From: Candidatus Acidiferrales bacterium
Lineage (GTDB): Bacteria; Acidobacteriota; Terriglobia; Acidiferrales; UBA7541
Direction of reading: 5' to 3'
Assembly: GCA_963790355.1 (NCBI GenBank)
Contig: CAWBOF010000003.1
Location: 137,909 to 201,908, forward strand
DNA: 64,000 nucleotides
This document shows positions 54,819 to 64,000 of the stretch, in pieces. Every line of letters begins with the position of its first letter. Within the stretch, counting starts at the first letter, position 1. The notes beneath the pieces are model-generated. The model made no database searches and was not told the origin of the DNA. It was given only the letters and a program-made list of their open reading frames with translations. Both the position numbers and the translations under genes were made by a program.

Positions 54819-55268
54819 TCAGTGTTGAATGTGAGAGCTGTTGGCTGCGTGGACTCTCCAGATGATCGTACCAATCCACGAGACGGTGGCAAAGACCAAA
54901 TAGCTGATGGCCCCAAGAACAAAGATATGGAAAGCACTGTAGTATTCGTCCAGCAGCACAAACTTGAAGCAGAGAATGCGGTACGTCAGCGCCAGCATGC
55001 TCCAGCTGACCAGCCCGGAGATCAGCAGGTCGCCCGGCGAGCGAAAGAAGCGCATCAGTGGGATGCAAGCCAGCAAGGTAAGCAGGGCCGCCGCAATAAT
55101 ATTGCGCTCCATGGCCAGAGGCTCAAGAAAAGCCACGCGATTGGCGATCAGAAGCCAGGCCGTAAAGACCAGCGAAAGCGACAGCCCGGCGTAGACTCCT
55201 ACACGTATACCAACATCCTTCATGAACCCAAACCAATGAATCCCCGGAAGTTTTACGGCACTATCCAT
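54819..55268 (-). CDS. Hypothetical membrane protein (about 4 TM)
   Basis: Hydrophobic 149-aa ORF in a co-directional run of genes. Confidence 0.65.
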   Translation of the reverse strand: MDSAVKLPGIHWFGFMKDVGIRVGVYAGLSLSLVFTAWLLIANRVAFLEPLAMERNIIAAALLTLLACIPLMRFFRSPGDLLISGLVSWSMLALTYRILCFKFVLLDEYYSAFHIFVLGAISYLVFATVSWIGTIIWRVHAANSSHIQH

Positions 55269-55330
55269 GGGTAGGGAACCCCTCTCACCGGGTGTACCCC
55301 CATTTGATAAACCCAGTCTCAGCGAAAAAG

Positions 55331-56503
55331 TTATGGTAATTCTGCGAGCGTGGCGGCGCTGGCTGGGCTTTCGTTGCCCGCACGGTCAACGGCCGTGACG
55401 GTATACCAATAGCGATGCCCTGCCTGAACCGAACTATCACGGAAGGACGGAGTGGGCAAAACATCCGGCGTCAGCAGTTGTCCTCGCGCGTTCTCACTCT
55501 CACTACGATAGACGCGATAACCAGCCATATCCGTTTCGAGATTTATTGACCAGGAAAGATCGACAACGAACGTCCCCGGACTAGTACCGGGTAGCACCGC
55601 TGCAGCTAGATTCTGCGGAGCGGCGGGCGGGAACGTGTCCTTCGCAGTAAGAATGGCGGGCAGGGAGTCTCCCGACTCAATCAGCGACCCCGCCTCATTG
55701 ATCACGCTGCGAACCACATACGCATAAGTCTTCCCAAAGTCGAAGCTGGCGTCTTGATACTCCGTCTTCGGCGTCACGGCAATTTGCAGAAGCGGCAGCC
55801 TCCACACAGCGGCGTGCAATTCCTTCTCTGCAGCTGCAGCCGATCCGGGATCCAGCTCGCCACGGTATACGTGATACTCCTGGATCGGCGGCAATTGAGC
55901 ACCTGCGGACGTGCTCGTGGGTGCGCTCCAGCTGAGCTGAATACTTTTTTCCATTACCTCTGGTTTCAAATCCGATATGCGCTGCGGGACGGGATAAAGA
56001 TCCAGCGTGACCTCGTTTGAATTCGGAGAGGATTTCCGGTCGCTCACTCTGGTTCGGACGCGGTAAAGAACAGTCTCGCCGGTGCGCGTGCGCAGTTCCT
56101 CCGGCTGCACTGGATCGGGAAACGAAACTTCACCTTGCTGCACGTAGCCGGACAGAATCGACCCAGGCACGGTGTTTACAAGATGAAACGATCGCGGATC
56201 GGGCGTGCCATCCGGGCGTAATCCCCCGCACCAAACTTCCAGGGTCGGAACCTGCGTAAGGCGTTCGCCCAATGTAGTTTTGCTAGGCACGGTAAAGCTC
56301 AAAAGCACCGCATCGCCCAGTTGATGGGCTTTCAGGTCGGTAATGGCAACCGGTATAGGTGGAGACGGCGGAGTAGGTTCACCGGGCGCGCCGCAGCCCG
56401 CCACCAGGAGAAACGCCGCAACCAAAACGCGAAAGTCGCCACCCCAGAAACCCTTGAACCGGATGGCGCGCTCCCCCGCCTTGCACGAGTTTCGAATTTC
56501 CAT
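55331..56503 (-). CDS. Fibronectin type III domain lipoprotein
   Basis: Lipobox LLVAGC then G.PG.P.PP; FN3 motifs LSW, YHVYR, Y.D, DTFPP.AP, GYRVYR, YTVTAVD..GNES. Confidence 0.8.
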   Translation of the reverse strand: MEIRNSCKAGERAIRFKGFWGGDFRVLVAAFLLVAGCGAPGEPTPPSPPIPVAITDLKAHQLGDAVLLSFTVPSKTTLGERLTQVPTLEVWCGGLRPDGTPDPRSFHLVNTVPGSILSGYVQQGEVSFPDPVQPEELRTRTGETVLYRVRTRVSDRKSSPNSNEVTLDLYPVPQRISDLKPEVMEKSIQLSWSAPTSTSAGAQLPPIQEYHVYRGELDPGSAAAAEKELHAAVWRLPLLQIAVTPKTEYQDASFDFGKTYAYVVRSVINEAGSLIESGDSLPAILTAKDTFPPAAPQNLAAAVLPGTSPGTFVVDLSWSINLETDMAGYRVYRSESENARGQLLTPDVLPTPSFRDSSVQAGHRYWYTVTAVDRAGNESPASAATLAELP

Positions 56504-56519
56504 TTTCGGGTTTCGGATT

Positions 56520-57971
56520 TTACAGGATGTACCGGCTCAGATCCTGGTTCTTCACGATATCGGCCAGCTGTTTGTTGACGTAAGCCGCATCGACCTTCAC
56601 CGTTTTTTTCTTCAGATCAGGTGCTTCGAAAGAAAGCTCGTCCAGCACCTTTTCTAGGATCGTGTGCAACCGACGCGCGCCGATGTTTTCCGTTTGTTCG
56701 TTCACGCTGGTTGCAAAACGCGCGATCGCCTGTATCGCGTCCTCCGTAAAAGAAAGCTTCACGCCTTCCGTGTCCAGCAGCGCGATGTACTGCTTGATCA
56801 GAGCATTCTTTGGCTCCGTCAGGATGCGGACGAAGTCTTCTTCCTTGAGCGACTGCATTTCCACGCGAATAGGCAAACGGCCCTGTAACTCCGGGATCAG
56901 GTCGGAAGGCTTCGTAACATGGAATGCACCGGCGGCCACGAAAAGAATATGGTCCGTGCGAATCATCCCGTAGCGCGTATTGACCGTCGTTCCTTCGATA
57001 ATCGGGAGAATATCCCGCTGCACGCCTTCCCGCGAAACGTCCGGGCCATGGCCGGATTCGCGCCCCGCCACCTTGTCGATTTCATCGACGAAGATGATGC
57101 CCATCTGCTCCGCGCGTTCCACGGCCACGCGCGTAACCTGGTCCATATCCAGGAGTTTGTTTTCCTCTTCCTGGATCAGGTATTCGAAAGCGTCCGAAAC
57201 AGACATCTTGCGCTTCTTTTTCTGCTGTCCGAAAAGACCGCTGAAGTTGCTAAGCATGTCCTTCAGGTTGACATCCATTTCCTCGATGCCCTGGTTGGAA
57301 ATAATCTCGAACGATGGCATGGCCCGTTCGCGCACTTCCAGATCGACGATGCGCTGATCGAGCTTGCCTTCCCGCAACTGCGCGCGCAATTTCTCTCGTG
57401 TGCGCTTGGTCTGTTCCCGTTGTGCCGCCAGTTCGCTCTCGGGAGTCCCTTCGGCTGGTGGCGGGGGCGGTGGCAGAAGCAGGTCGAGAATGCGCTCTTC
57501 GGCGGATTCCTCGGCGCGATCGGCAACTTCGTCCAGTTTTTCTTCGCGCACCATGTCGATGGAAGTCTCCACCAGGTCGCGCACCATGGACTCCACGTCG
57601 CGCCCCACGTAGCCCACCTCCGTATATTTCGAAGCTTCGACTTTCACAAAAGGACACCCGGCCAGCCGGGCCAGCCGCCGCGCAATCTCCGTTTTGCCAA
57701 CGCCGGTGGGACCGATCATCAAAATATTCTTTGGCAGAACGTCTTCGGCAATCTCTGGCGGTAGCTTCTGCCGCCGCACCCGGTTCCGCAATGCCACGGC
57801 CACAGCCCTTTTGGCCGCAGCCTGCCCGACGATGTACTTATCGAGCTCCTTCACGATTTCGCGCGGGGTCATGTCATCCAGCGCGGGCAATAGTTGTTCT
57901 TCCTCCTCCGGGCGGCCATTGCCGTTGGCTGCCGGGAAGAGCGTAATTTCCTTATCAGACTTGCTGGTCAT
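56520..57971 (-). CDS. hslU: ATP-dependent protease ATPase subunit HslU
   Basis: [67 protein letters not shown]. Confidence 0.97.
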   Translation of the reverse strand: MTSKSDKEITLFPAANGNGRPEEEEQLLPALDDMTPREIVKELDKYIVGQAAAKRAVAVALRNRVRRQKLPPEIAEDVLPKNILMIGPTGVGKTEIARRLARLAGCPFVKVEASKYTEVGYVGRDVESMVRDLVETSIDMVREEKLDEVADRAEESAEERILDLLLPPPPPPAEGTPESELAAQREQTKRTREKLRAQLREGKLDQRIVDLEVRERAMPSFEIISNQGIEEMDVNLKDMLSNFSGLFGQQKKKRKMSVSDAFEYLIQEEENKLLDMDQVTRVAVERAEQMGIIFVDEIDKVAGRESGHGPDVSREGVQRDILPIIEGTTVNTRYGMIRTDHILFVAAGAFHVTKPSDLIPELQGRLPIRVEMQSLKEEDFVRILTEPKNALIKQYIALLDTEGVKLSFTEDAIQAIARFATSVNEQTENIGARRLHTILEKVLDELSFEAPDLKKKTVKVDAAYVNKQLADIVKNQDLSRYIL

Positions 57972-58019
57972 TTCGTTTCGATTCCTTGCGTGCGCCCGGT
58001 TGCAGTTGCGGCGCTTTCC

Positions 58020-58571
58020 TTAGATTTCCTCGACGGTAAAATTAGCGTTGGTGTAAATGCAAATTTCGCTGGCGATGCGCATCGCCTCCAGGGCCAGTTC
58101 TTTCACCGCCAGCTTCGAATGTTTCAACAGCGCGCGAGCCGCCGACAGCGCATACATGCCGCCGGACCCGATAGCGCACAGCCCGTCGTCGGGCTCAATC
58201 ACATCTCCATTGCCGGAAAGCACAAACGTGGCCTTCGCATCCGCCACGATCAGCAGCGCTTCCAGATGCCGCAGCGCGCGGTCCTTGCGCCATTCCTTGG
58301 CCAGCTCCACCGAAGCTTTTTGCAAATTGCCGGAATGTTCCTGAAGCTTGCCTTCGAATCGTTCGAACAGGGAAAGCGCATCCGCCGTGGAACCGGCAAA
58401 CCCAGCCAGCACCTTGTCGTTGTACAGCCGCCGCGTTTTCCGGGCGGTATGTTTGAGAACATGATCGCCGAGCGTCACCTGCCCATCGGCGATAAGCACC
58501 ACTTTTGCTTCCTTGCGTATGCAGAGCACGGTTGTGCCGTGCAACTGCGTGTCTCCCGTGCCATTTCGCAT
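58020..58571 (-). CDS. hslV: ATP-dependent protease peptidase subunit HslV
   Basis: HGTTVL (catalytic Thr), [35 protein letters not shown]. Confidence 0.96.
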   Translation of the reverse strand: MRNGTGDTQLHGTTVLCIRKEAKVVLIADGQVTLGDHVLKHTARKTRRLYNDKVLAGFAGSTADALSLFERFEGKLQEHSGNLQKASVELAKEWRKDRALRHLEALLIVADAKATFVLSGNGDVIEPDDGLCAIGSGGMYALSAARALLKHSKLAVKELALEAMRIASEICIYTNANFTVEEI

Positions 58572-58751
58572 CCTCCAAGTATACCGCGACCGCCCACTTG
58601 GGTCATGGCGGGGTAGCGCCGCCTCTTCAGGCCGGTATCTTGGGTTTCCTGTCAGAGCGACAGCCCGGCGCCCCTTTCCGGCCAACACCCATCCAACTAA
58701 AGATCACGGCAAGCAAAACGAACTGCTCCTGGATTTTTCGAAATAGAAACT

Positions 58752-60359
58752 CTAATTCAGAGGAATTTCGTGGAACGAAAGCACTTTATACGTCAACGGC
58801 CCCTGCGCGCTTTGCACCAGACAACTGCTGTAATTGATCCCGAAACCGGGAGTGCTGCCATAACTCGTCTGGCTGCCAAAAAACGCTGGGCCAAGTGAGG
58901 TGCCGCTCAGAAGATTGCCAGACGAGTCGCGCGTCTGCGCCACGAACACGGCGCCGTTGAATCCTCCAACGCCGTTTTTGCTCGAAGAAAAAATGCCCTG
59001 CCCCACCACCAGCACAATTCCATTCCAGCTGGCATCGGGATCGTAATAGAGCGTGCCCGTTACCAATAGCAGCCCATATCCCGAGTTGTGCCATCCGCTG
59101 AGGTTCAAATTTCCGTTCACCACGATGGTCATCGGAGTTGACGCCGACATTAATGGCGCGTTCGCCGAAATATCGGCCCCCGTAACCGTGCCGCTGAGTA
59201 CCAGGTCGGCGCTGTTCTTTATATCTTGCATCACTGCATCCAGCGAGGCAGGCGTCAGCCAGCTCTGCCGCAAAATCGAATTCGGATAGCCTACATTCAG
59301 ATTCGAAATACTCGGAGTCGTCGCCGTATAGGGAGGTGGCGTGCTCAAAACAGGCGCGCCCGGATAGTACGCGCTATCGGCCGGCGGCGAATTCACATCT
59401 GCAAGCACGGAAGCCGTATCCGTCGCATTGGCCGCTCCGATGGACGCAACCGACCCCGGAAGACCCGGGGGCGGCGGGGGATTGCATATGTCCACCCCGT
59501 TGATTTTGAAACCAGAGGTTCCTGGCGATTGGAAGGTAACCGCATTGCCGTCAAGCGTGAGCGCTGCCGGAAAATTCTGGTCTTGCGCGTCCGGCGATAT
59601 AATCAACGGCGCCACAACATACTGCAACAGCCGCTGTCCCCCATTCGGTGCAACCGCCAGCGCCGTAATCTCCAGTGCCTGCACTGCTGTCCCCGTCGGT
59701 GCTACCGGTGGCGAGGATGGGCCAAGCGGAACAATAAGGCTGGCTGCAGGCTGCGCCGACGGATTCACGTGCGCCGGATCGTAAAACAAAACGCTCGCTC
59801 CATCCTTGAAGCCATCTCCGTTCACATCTATATTCAGCGCTTTCTCAGTGATGGGATTGATCCTCACCCATTTGTAACTTGGACCCGGCAAGGAAACGGA
59901 AGTCACAGGAGAAACCGAGGGAATCTGCTGAACCGTCGCTCCCGACAGTCCCCACGCAAACTCCAGTCCATATTCCGTATCCGGGTAATTGGCCGGATTG
60001 GCGCTCGTGGGGTCCACGGTTTCACCCGAAGCGGGATTGGTAATGTACAAAACTTGCGTAAGGCTCCACGTCGGCACGCCATTGGGCGAAAGCAGATTCG
60101 GATAACTATTGCTGATATTGATGTAGTCCGGATTCTTCCACAGCAAGCGGCCACGCGCCTCTTCCAGCCCAGCCACGCCAGCATAATAAGCTGTCGTCGC
60201 CGTGCGGTAATTTCCCGCTAGAGAGCTGTCGGTTCCCGTCGAGACCACAAGCGCAATGGCCACAACACTGATCAAAAGCAGCGCAAAAATGGCGATGAGC
60301 ATGGCAGCGCCCGACTCCGTCGGCCTTCTCATTCTGCGCTTCATCGGGTTCATCTTCAT
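58752..60359 (-). CDS. PilX-like minor pilin with large C-terminal domain
   Basis: ESG|AAMLIAIFALLLIS prepilin-like site lacking Glu5; AYYA..AGLEEAR; C-terminal GLLLVTG.L...W.GIVLV.G beta-rich region. Confidence 0.75.
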   Translation of the reverse strand: MKMNPMKRRMRRPTESGAAMLIAIFALLLISVVAIALVVSTGTDSSLAGNYRTATTAYYAGVAGLEEARGRLLWKNPDYINISNSYPNLLSPNGVPTWSLTQVLYITNPASGETVDPTSANPANYPDTEYGLEFAWGLSGATVQQIPSVSPVTSVSLPGPSYKWVRINPITEKALNIDVNGDGFKDGASVLFYDPAHVNPSAQPAASLIVPLGPSSPPVAPTGTAVQALEITALAVAPNGGQRLLQYVVAPLIISPDAQDQNFPAALTLDGNAVTFQSPGTSGFKINGVDICNPPPPPGLPGSVASIGAANATDTASVLADVNSPPADSAYYPGAPVLSTPPPYTATTPSISNLNVGYPNSILRQSWLTPASLDAVMQDIKNSADLVLSGTVTGADISANAPLMSASTPMTIVVNGNLNLSGWHNSGYGLLLVTGTLYYDPDASWNGIVLVVGQGIFSSSKNGVGGFNGAVFVAQTRDSSGNLLSGTSLGPAFFGSQTSYGSTPGFGINYSSCLVQSAQGPLTYKVLSFHEIPLN

Positions 60360-60371
60360 TGGCGCGATCCT

Positions 60372-61160
60372 TCAATTTGACGGGTTGGATCGGTGGCCCC
60401 GGCCGGTTAGTTCGATCAGTCGCAAAGCGTGCGTCTGCGCGTCTGTCTGCGGAGTCTTCACGATCAAAACAATGTCGACGTCACTGATGTTCCACGGCGC
60501 ATTATATCCCGATGCCAAAGCGCAAGCCTGGGATCCAGATGGAGTCGCGCAAGTGTATTGAAACACCGGCACCGGCCCGCTAGAAAACATGGAAGGATAC
60601 TGCGCGGTGATTTGGCTCAGCAGTGGGTCCGGCACATTATTCATTACATTTTCCACGAACGGGGTCATCGGCGCCGGAGGAGAAGTGGCGTTTACCGGGT
60701 CGGCCCCGGCGGTTTTTGCAACTACAGTCCGGAAAAGAGTTGTGCCGATGAGTTGATACCGGATCCAACTGACCCCGCTTCCGATATTCGTCTCCACGAT
60801 CAAGTCGATATCACTCGGCGTCGTCGCAATGCACGTCACGTTTACCTGGCAGGGGGTAGGCGGTATGTTCGTGTACCCCGGACTCCATGCGAACGGACTG
60901 GCTGCATAGGTGCTGGGGTTCGAGGTGTTGGAAAGCATGTCCGCGGACGGATAGCCCGCCATGTTGATGTCCCGGACAATCTGATCGATGCCCAACCGCG
61001 CTTCCTCGAACGAGCCGGACATTTGCGTCTCGCTGCTGTATCTCTGCTGGCTCAGTTGCAGCAGTGCAAACATCGCCCCGCAGATCACCAGAAAGATCGC
61101 CATCGCCACCATGAGTTCCAGAATCGTGAAGCCGCGAGCGGTTGCGGATGGTTGCTTCAT
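60372..61160 (-). CDS. PilW-like prepilin-type protein
   Basis: RG|FTILELMVAMAI N-methylation motif; RDINMAGY. Confidence 0.82.
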   Translation of the reverse strand: MKQPSATARGFTILELMVAMAIFLVICGAMFALLQLSQQRYSSETQMSGSFEEARLGIDQIVRDINMAGYPSADMLSNTSNPSTYAASPFAWSPGYTNIPPTPCQVNVTCIATTPSDIDLIVETNIGSGVSWIRYQLIGTTLFRTVVAKTAGADPVNATSPPAPMTPFVENVMNNVPDPLLSQITAQYPSMFSSGPVPVFQYTCATPSGSQACALASGYNAPWNISDVDIVLIVKTPQTDAQTHALRLIELTGRGHRSNPSN

Positions 61161-61162
61161 TG

Positions 61163-61729
61163 CTACTTTTCCAGCATTACGTCGAGAGTAACCGGATACG
61201 TAAGCGAACGCATGCCACGGCGAAAAACCCCCAGGATAATCCGCCGCGAAACGGGTACCCCCGACGATGGGTTCGTCTTCATCACCACCGCCCATCGCAC
61301 GTCGGTCGTGGTGCCCTCGGGATCGTTTGGGTCAGTGTAGGTAAAGCTGTAGCCTGCCACGGGCGACGCAGTGAAATCGATGATCGGATAGTTCTGAAAC
61401 GTGGTCCAGGGACTACCCTGAACCGTAGTCAAAGCAGGATTTCCCAACTGGCACACTTGGCTCGACGGACAAACAATCCCATTCGGATCGGTGTAGGACG
61501 TCGCCGTCAGCGGCTGCTCGCGCATGGCTTCCAATACCTTCTGTCCAAACACCAGGGCGGTGCCGTCATTGCGATTGTTTGAACTCAACATCACCGAAGC
61601 TGGCACAAGCTGTGCCACGGCCACCAGGCCCACAATCACAATCGCCGTTGCCATCAACATTTCCACCAGCGTGAATCCCCGCTGTTGGGCGAAACGTTTA
61701 TCGTGTTTGCGTGCTTCCTTCACTTGCAC
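61163..61729 (-). CDS. PilV-like prepilin-type protein
   Basis: QRG|FTLVEMLMA motif. Confidence 0.82.
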   Translation of the reverse strand: MQVKEARKHDKRFAQQRGFTLVEMLMATAIVIVGLVAVAQLVPASVMLSSNNRNDGTALVFGQKVLEAMREQPLTATSYTDPNGIVCPSSQVCQLGNPALTTVQGSPWTTFQNYPIIDFTASPVAGYSFTYTDPNDPEGTTTDVRWAVVMKTNPSSGVPVSRRIILGVFRRGMRSLTYPVTLDVMLEK

Positions 61730-61738
61730 CCTTTTGCC

Positions 61739-62326
61739 TTACTGCTGTTGCTGCCAATTGCCGCTGGCATCTGAAGTCCACATTTGCACCGAACCAGCCG
61801 GTAACACCAAAACTGCTCGATACCCCGCGTCCGGCGCCGCACTGCTCGCGAGATAAAACACAGTGACGTTCGTCGGCGGAATCACCGCCCCTCGCGCGTC
61901 AAACGTTACAAATGACCCGCTAGGCGACGGGGCCGTCGGCACCAGCGAACCGAGCGCAGTAAATAGTGTCGAAGTCCCCGGAACCGTTCCACTGTCGACC
62001 AGATTTCCGCTGTTCCCGAGCAAAATCGTCTTCTCTGTTGGGTCCAGCTGGTTATTTCCGTTCGAATCCGCCCACAAGCTCGTCATTCCAGGATTCGTCG
62101 TCGAAGGCTGAATCATGCAGTTGATCTGTTTATTCAACCGAATTGCCTCATACCGCGTCAAAAGCATCATGTCCTTCACCTGCCTGGCGGCGTTCGATAG
62201 CTGGTACGAATGATAAGCGCGCAGGAATGCCGGTAAGCCTACGGCAATCAGAATCATGGCGACCGCGAGCACCACGACAAGTTCCGTAAGACTGTAGCCG
62301 CGGCTCCGCTTCACTGACGCACACAA
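61739..62326 (-). CDS. FimT/GspH-like prepilin-type protein
   Basis: RG|YSLTELVVVLAV..IL.AVGLP; R.EAIR.N; D.NGN..LD; FDARG. Confidence 0.82.
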   Translation of the reverse strand: MCASVKRSRGYSLTELVVVLAVAMILIAVGLPAFLRAYHSYQLSNAARQVKDMMLLTRYEAIRLNKQINCMIQPSTTNPGMTSLWADSNGNNQLDPTEKTILLGNSGNLVDSGTVPGTSTLFTALGSLVPTAPSPSGSFVTFDARGAVIPPTNVTVFYLASSAAPDAGYRAVLVLPAGSVQMWTSDASGNWQQQQ

Positions 62327-62525
62327 ATCGAAACCGTTCCCCTCTCAAAACCAAAGGAAATGAAATAAACCTCAACTACCCCGGGATTAGACTAACGCCA
62401 AACGGCTGGACTGGGGCTATAAAGTAGCAGGGATTTGGCTAGTTAGATAGGCGTTGGCATTCTGGGTAATATTCACACTTTTACCAGAAAAATAACCCGC
62501 TCGCGCCCTGAGCTCCGCGATTTCG

Positions 62526-63425
62526 CTAGTTCTGCGCCTTGGCTTTGTGCCCGGATTCCTTGAATTTCTTTTCTAGCGACTCCTCGGTGAAAAAATCCGC
62601 GGGCAAATTGGGAGCGTTTGTGCAGGAAGTGTAGAAAATCTGGTGGGTGCGCCTTCCGTTGTGCTCGCGCGTCACCTGCATGGCCGTCTGAATGCCTTGC
62701 ATTTCCTGGTAGTTCGAATAAATGGTCACGTCTTCATCTTTATCGTGCATTTCTTCATTCGGCGTGATCGCCACGGTCCGCAACGGCAGGTGAGACATGC
62801 GGTCCAGCGCCAGCCGCACCGTGCGATCTTCCTCGTCGCTGAAGTCCACCCACTCCACTTCGCGCATGTCAGAAATGCCGATGCCGCCATAATGCAAGAA
62901 AACGCCCTCTTCACTTGCCCGGTGCAGCAGAAGATTGCGGAGTTGGCGCTTCATGGATGCCTGAAATTCCGCCACCACGGTTGCGTCGGCATCGTTCACA
63001 CCTCCTCTGTCCATGGTCCAGCCCTTATCCCCATCGAACAATTGAATAAACTCGCCGCCTTTGATCGGCAAATTCCCCCATAGAACCGCAAACAATCCGC
63101 CCTTGGTGGTCTTCACGACGTATTCGGTCCGATTCTTGTCGGGGAATTTCCAGTAACTGCGCATCATCGAATAGCCCAATGTGCCGCCGTTGCGATCGAA
63201 CTGCGCTACTCGGCCGTTGCAATCGCTTTCGGACTGGTCGCGATACAGGCTGCCACCCAACGCATCAACGGATTGCTTCAGCAGTTGCCTGGCCTTGGCT
63301 TTGTTCTGATCGAGGTCCATCGTGTCCGGATTCTGCTGCGAAGCCGCGGACAGCAGCAGTCCTGAAGCGAAAACAAAAAGCCCCGCCAAAGCCACCTGAC
63401 CGAATTGGCGTGCGCTCAACCGCAC
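62526..63425 (-). CDS. Exported hypothetical protein (possible LolA-like fold)
   Basis: Signal peptide; ALGG, PDK.R.E, FDGDKGW, YSNY....GI, N..LP.DFF pattern. Confidence 0.6.
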   Translation of the reverse strand: MRLSARQFGQVALAGLFVFASGLLLSAASQQNPDTMDLDQNKAKARQLLKQSVDALGGSLYRDQSESDCNGRVAQFDRNGGTLGYSMMRSYWKFPDKNRTEYVVKTTKGGLFAVLWGNLPIKGGEFIQLFDGDKGWTMDRGGVNDADATVVAEFQASMKRQLRNLLLHRASEEGVFLHYGGIGISDMREVEWVDFSDEEDRTVRLALDRMSHLPLRTVAITPNEEMHDKDEDVTIYSNYQEMQGIQTAMQVTREHNGRRTHQIFYTSCTNAPNLPADFFTEESLEKKFKESGHKAKAQN

Positions 63426-64000
63426 AACACCGAGCCTCCGTTCACGTTCAAAACTTCACCGTTGATGAAGTTGGCCAGGTCCGACGCCAGAAACAGAATC
63501 GGCCCGGCCACTTCCTCCGCCGTCGCGGGGCGCCCGATCGGAATCACGTTTGCCGCCATCTTCTTTCCACCCTTGGTATGCAGCACGGGGTTAGACATGT
63601 CCGTGGCCACCCATCCCGGCGCCACGCTGTTTACGAGAATGCCGTGCCTCGCCAACTCCGTAGACAAGCCCTTGGTCAAGCTGATGATCGCTCCCTTCGA
63701 TGCGCCGTAATGCGTGTGAAACGATTCGCCCCGCTGTCCCGCCGTCGAGCTGATGGGAATAATCTTCCCGGACTTCTGCTTGATCATCTGCGGCACCGCG
63801 AAGTGAATCACCGAATAAACGCTCTTCAGGTTGATCCGGATCATATCGTCCCACTGTTTTTCCGTCATTTTCTCGATGGGGAGGTCTTCGAGGTTCCAGA
63901 TGCCGGCGTTGGGAACCAGGATGTCCAGCCGCCCCAGCCGGTTGATGCAGTGCTCCACCAGCTTGCGATTGTCCTCTTGTTTCCCCACATCCGCCTTGAA
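63416..64000 (-). CDS. SDR family oxidoreductase (FabG-like), 5' end outside window
   Basis: LDILVPNAGI, ISS, YGASKG (YxxxK), VNSVAPGWV.T, G.VLNVNGG. Confidence 0.9.
   Translation of the reverse strand, partial: FKADVGKQEDNRKLVEHCINRLGRLDILVPNAGIWNLEDLPIEKMTEKQWDDMIRINLKSVYSVIHFAVPQMIKQKSGKIIPISSTAGQRGESFHTHYGASKGAIISLTKGLSTELARHGILVNSVAPGWVATDMSNPVLHTKGGKKMAANVIPIGRPATAEEVAGPILFLASDLANFINGEVLNVNGGSVLCG

Overview
Bacterial chromosomal window, moderately GC-rich by eye. Gene content (PQQ-type beta-propellers, TolB-like/CehA hydrolase, kinase-TPR protein, FecR-like and FN3 lipoproteins) suggests Acidobacteriota; this is an inference. Most of it is housekeeping or metabolic: pntAA/AB/B, glgC, eno, recQ, thiC, pccB-like, hslVU, rpsU and a minor-pilin cluster. 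The standout is a ~12 kb co-directional locus at 5894-18110. It encodes a stand-alone PqqD/RRE, a radical SAM-SPASM enzyme, a 60-aa YxxP-leader precursor with a Cys/Ser-rich core, and an HPr-kinase-like P-loop protein. It also encodes a 2916-aa protein fusing an S24/S26-like peptidase, a signal/TM segment, ten DUF11-type Ig repeats, a Gly-rich domain and a C25 (gingipain/PorU-like) peptidase, followed by a coupled FecR-like membrane protein. This looks like an uncharacterised RiPP pathway physically joined to a giant surface protein. Other notable loci: a quinoprotein/RidA/SelA-like/MFS/Eda operon in which RidA and the PLP enzyme carry twin-arginine signals, a three-ligase (GCS2 plus two ATP-grasp) peptide cluster, and an ECF sigma factor paired with a membrane-anchored thioredoxin. 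No rRNA, tRNA, CRISPR array or transposase was recognised. All assignments come from motif recognition by eye; no searches were run.
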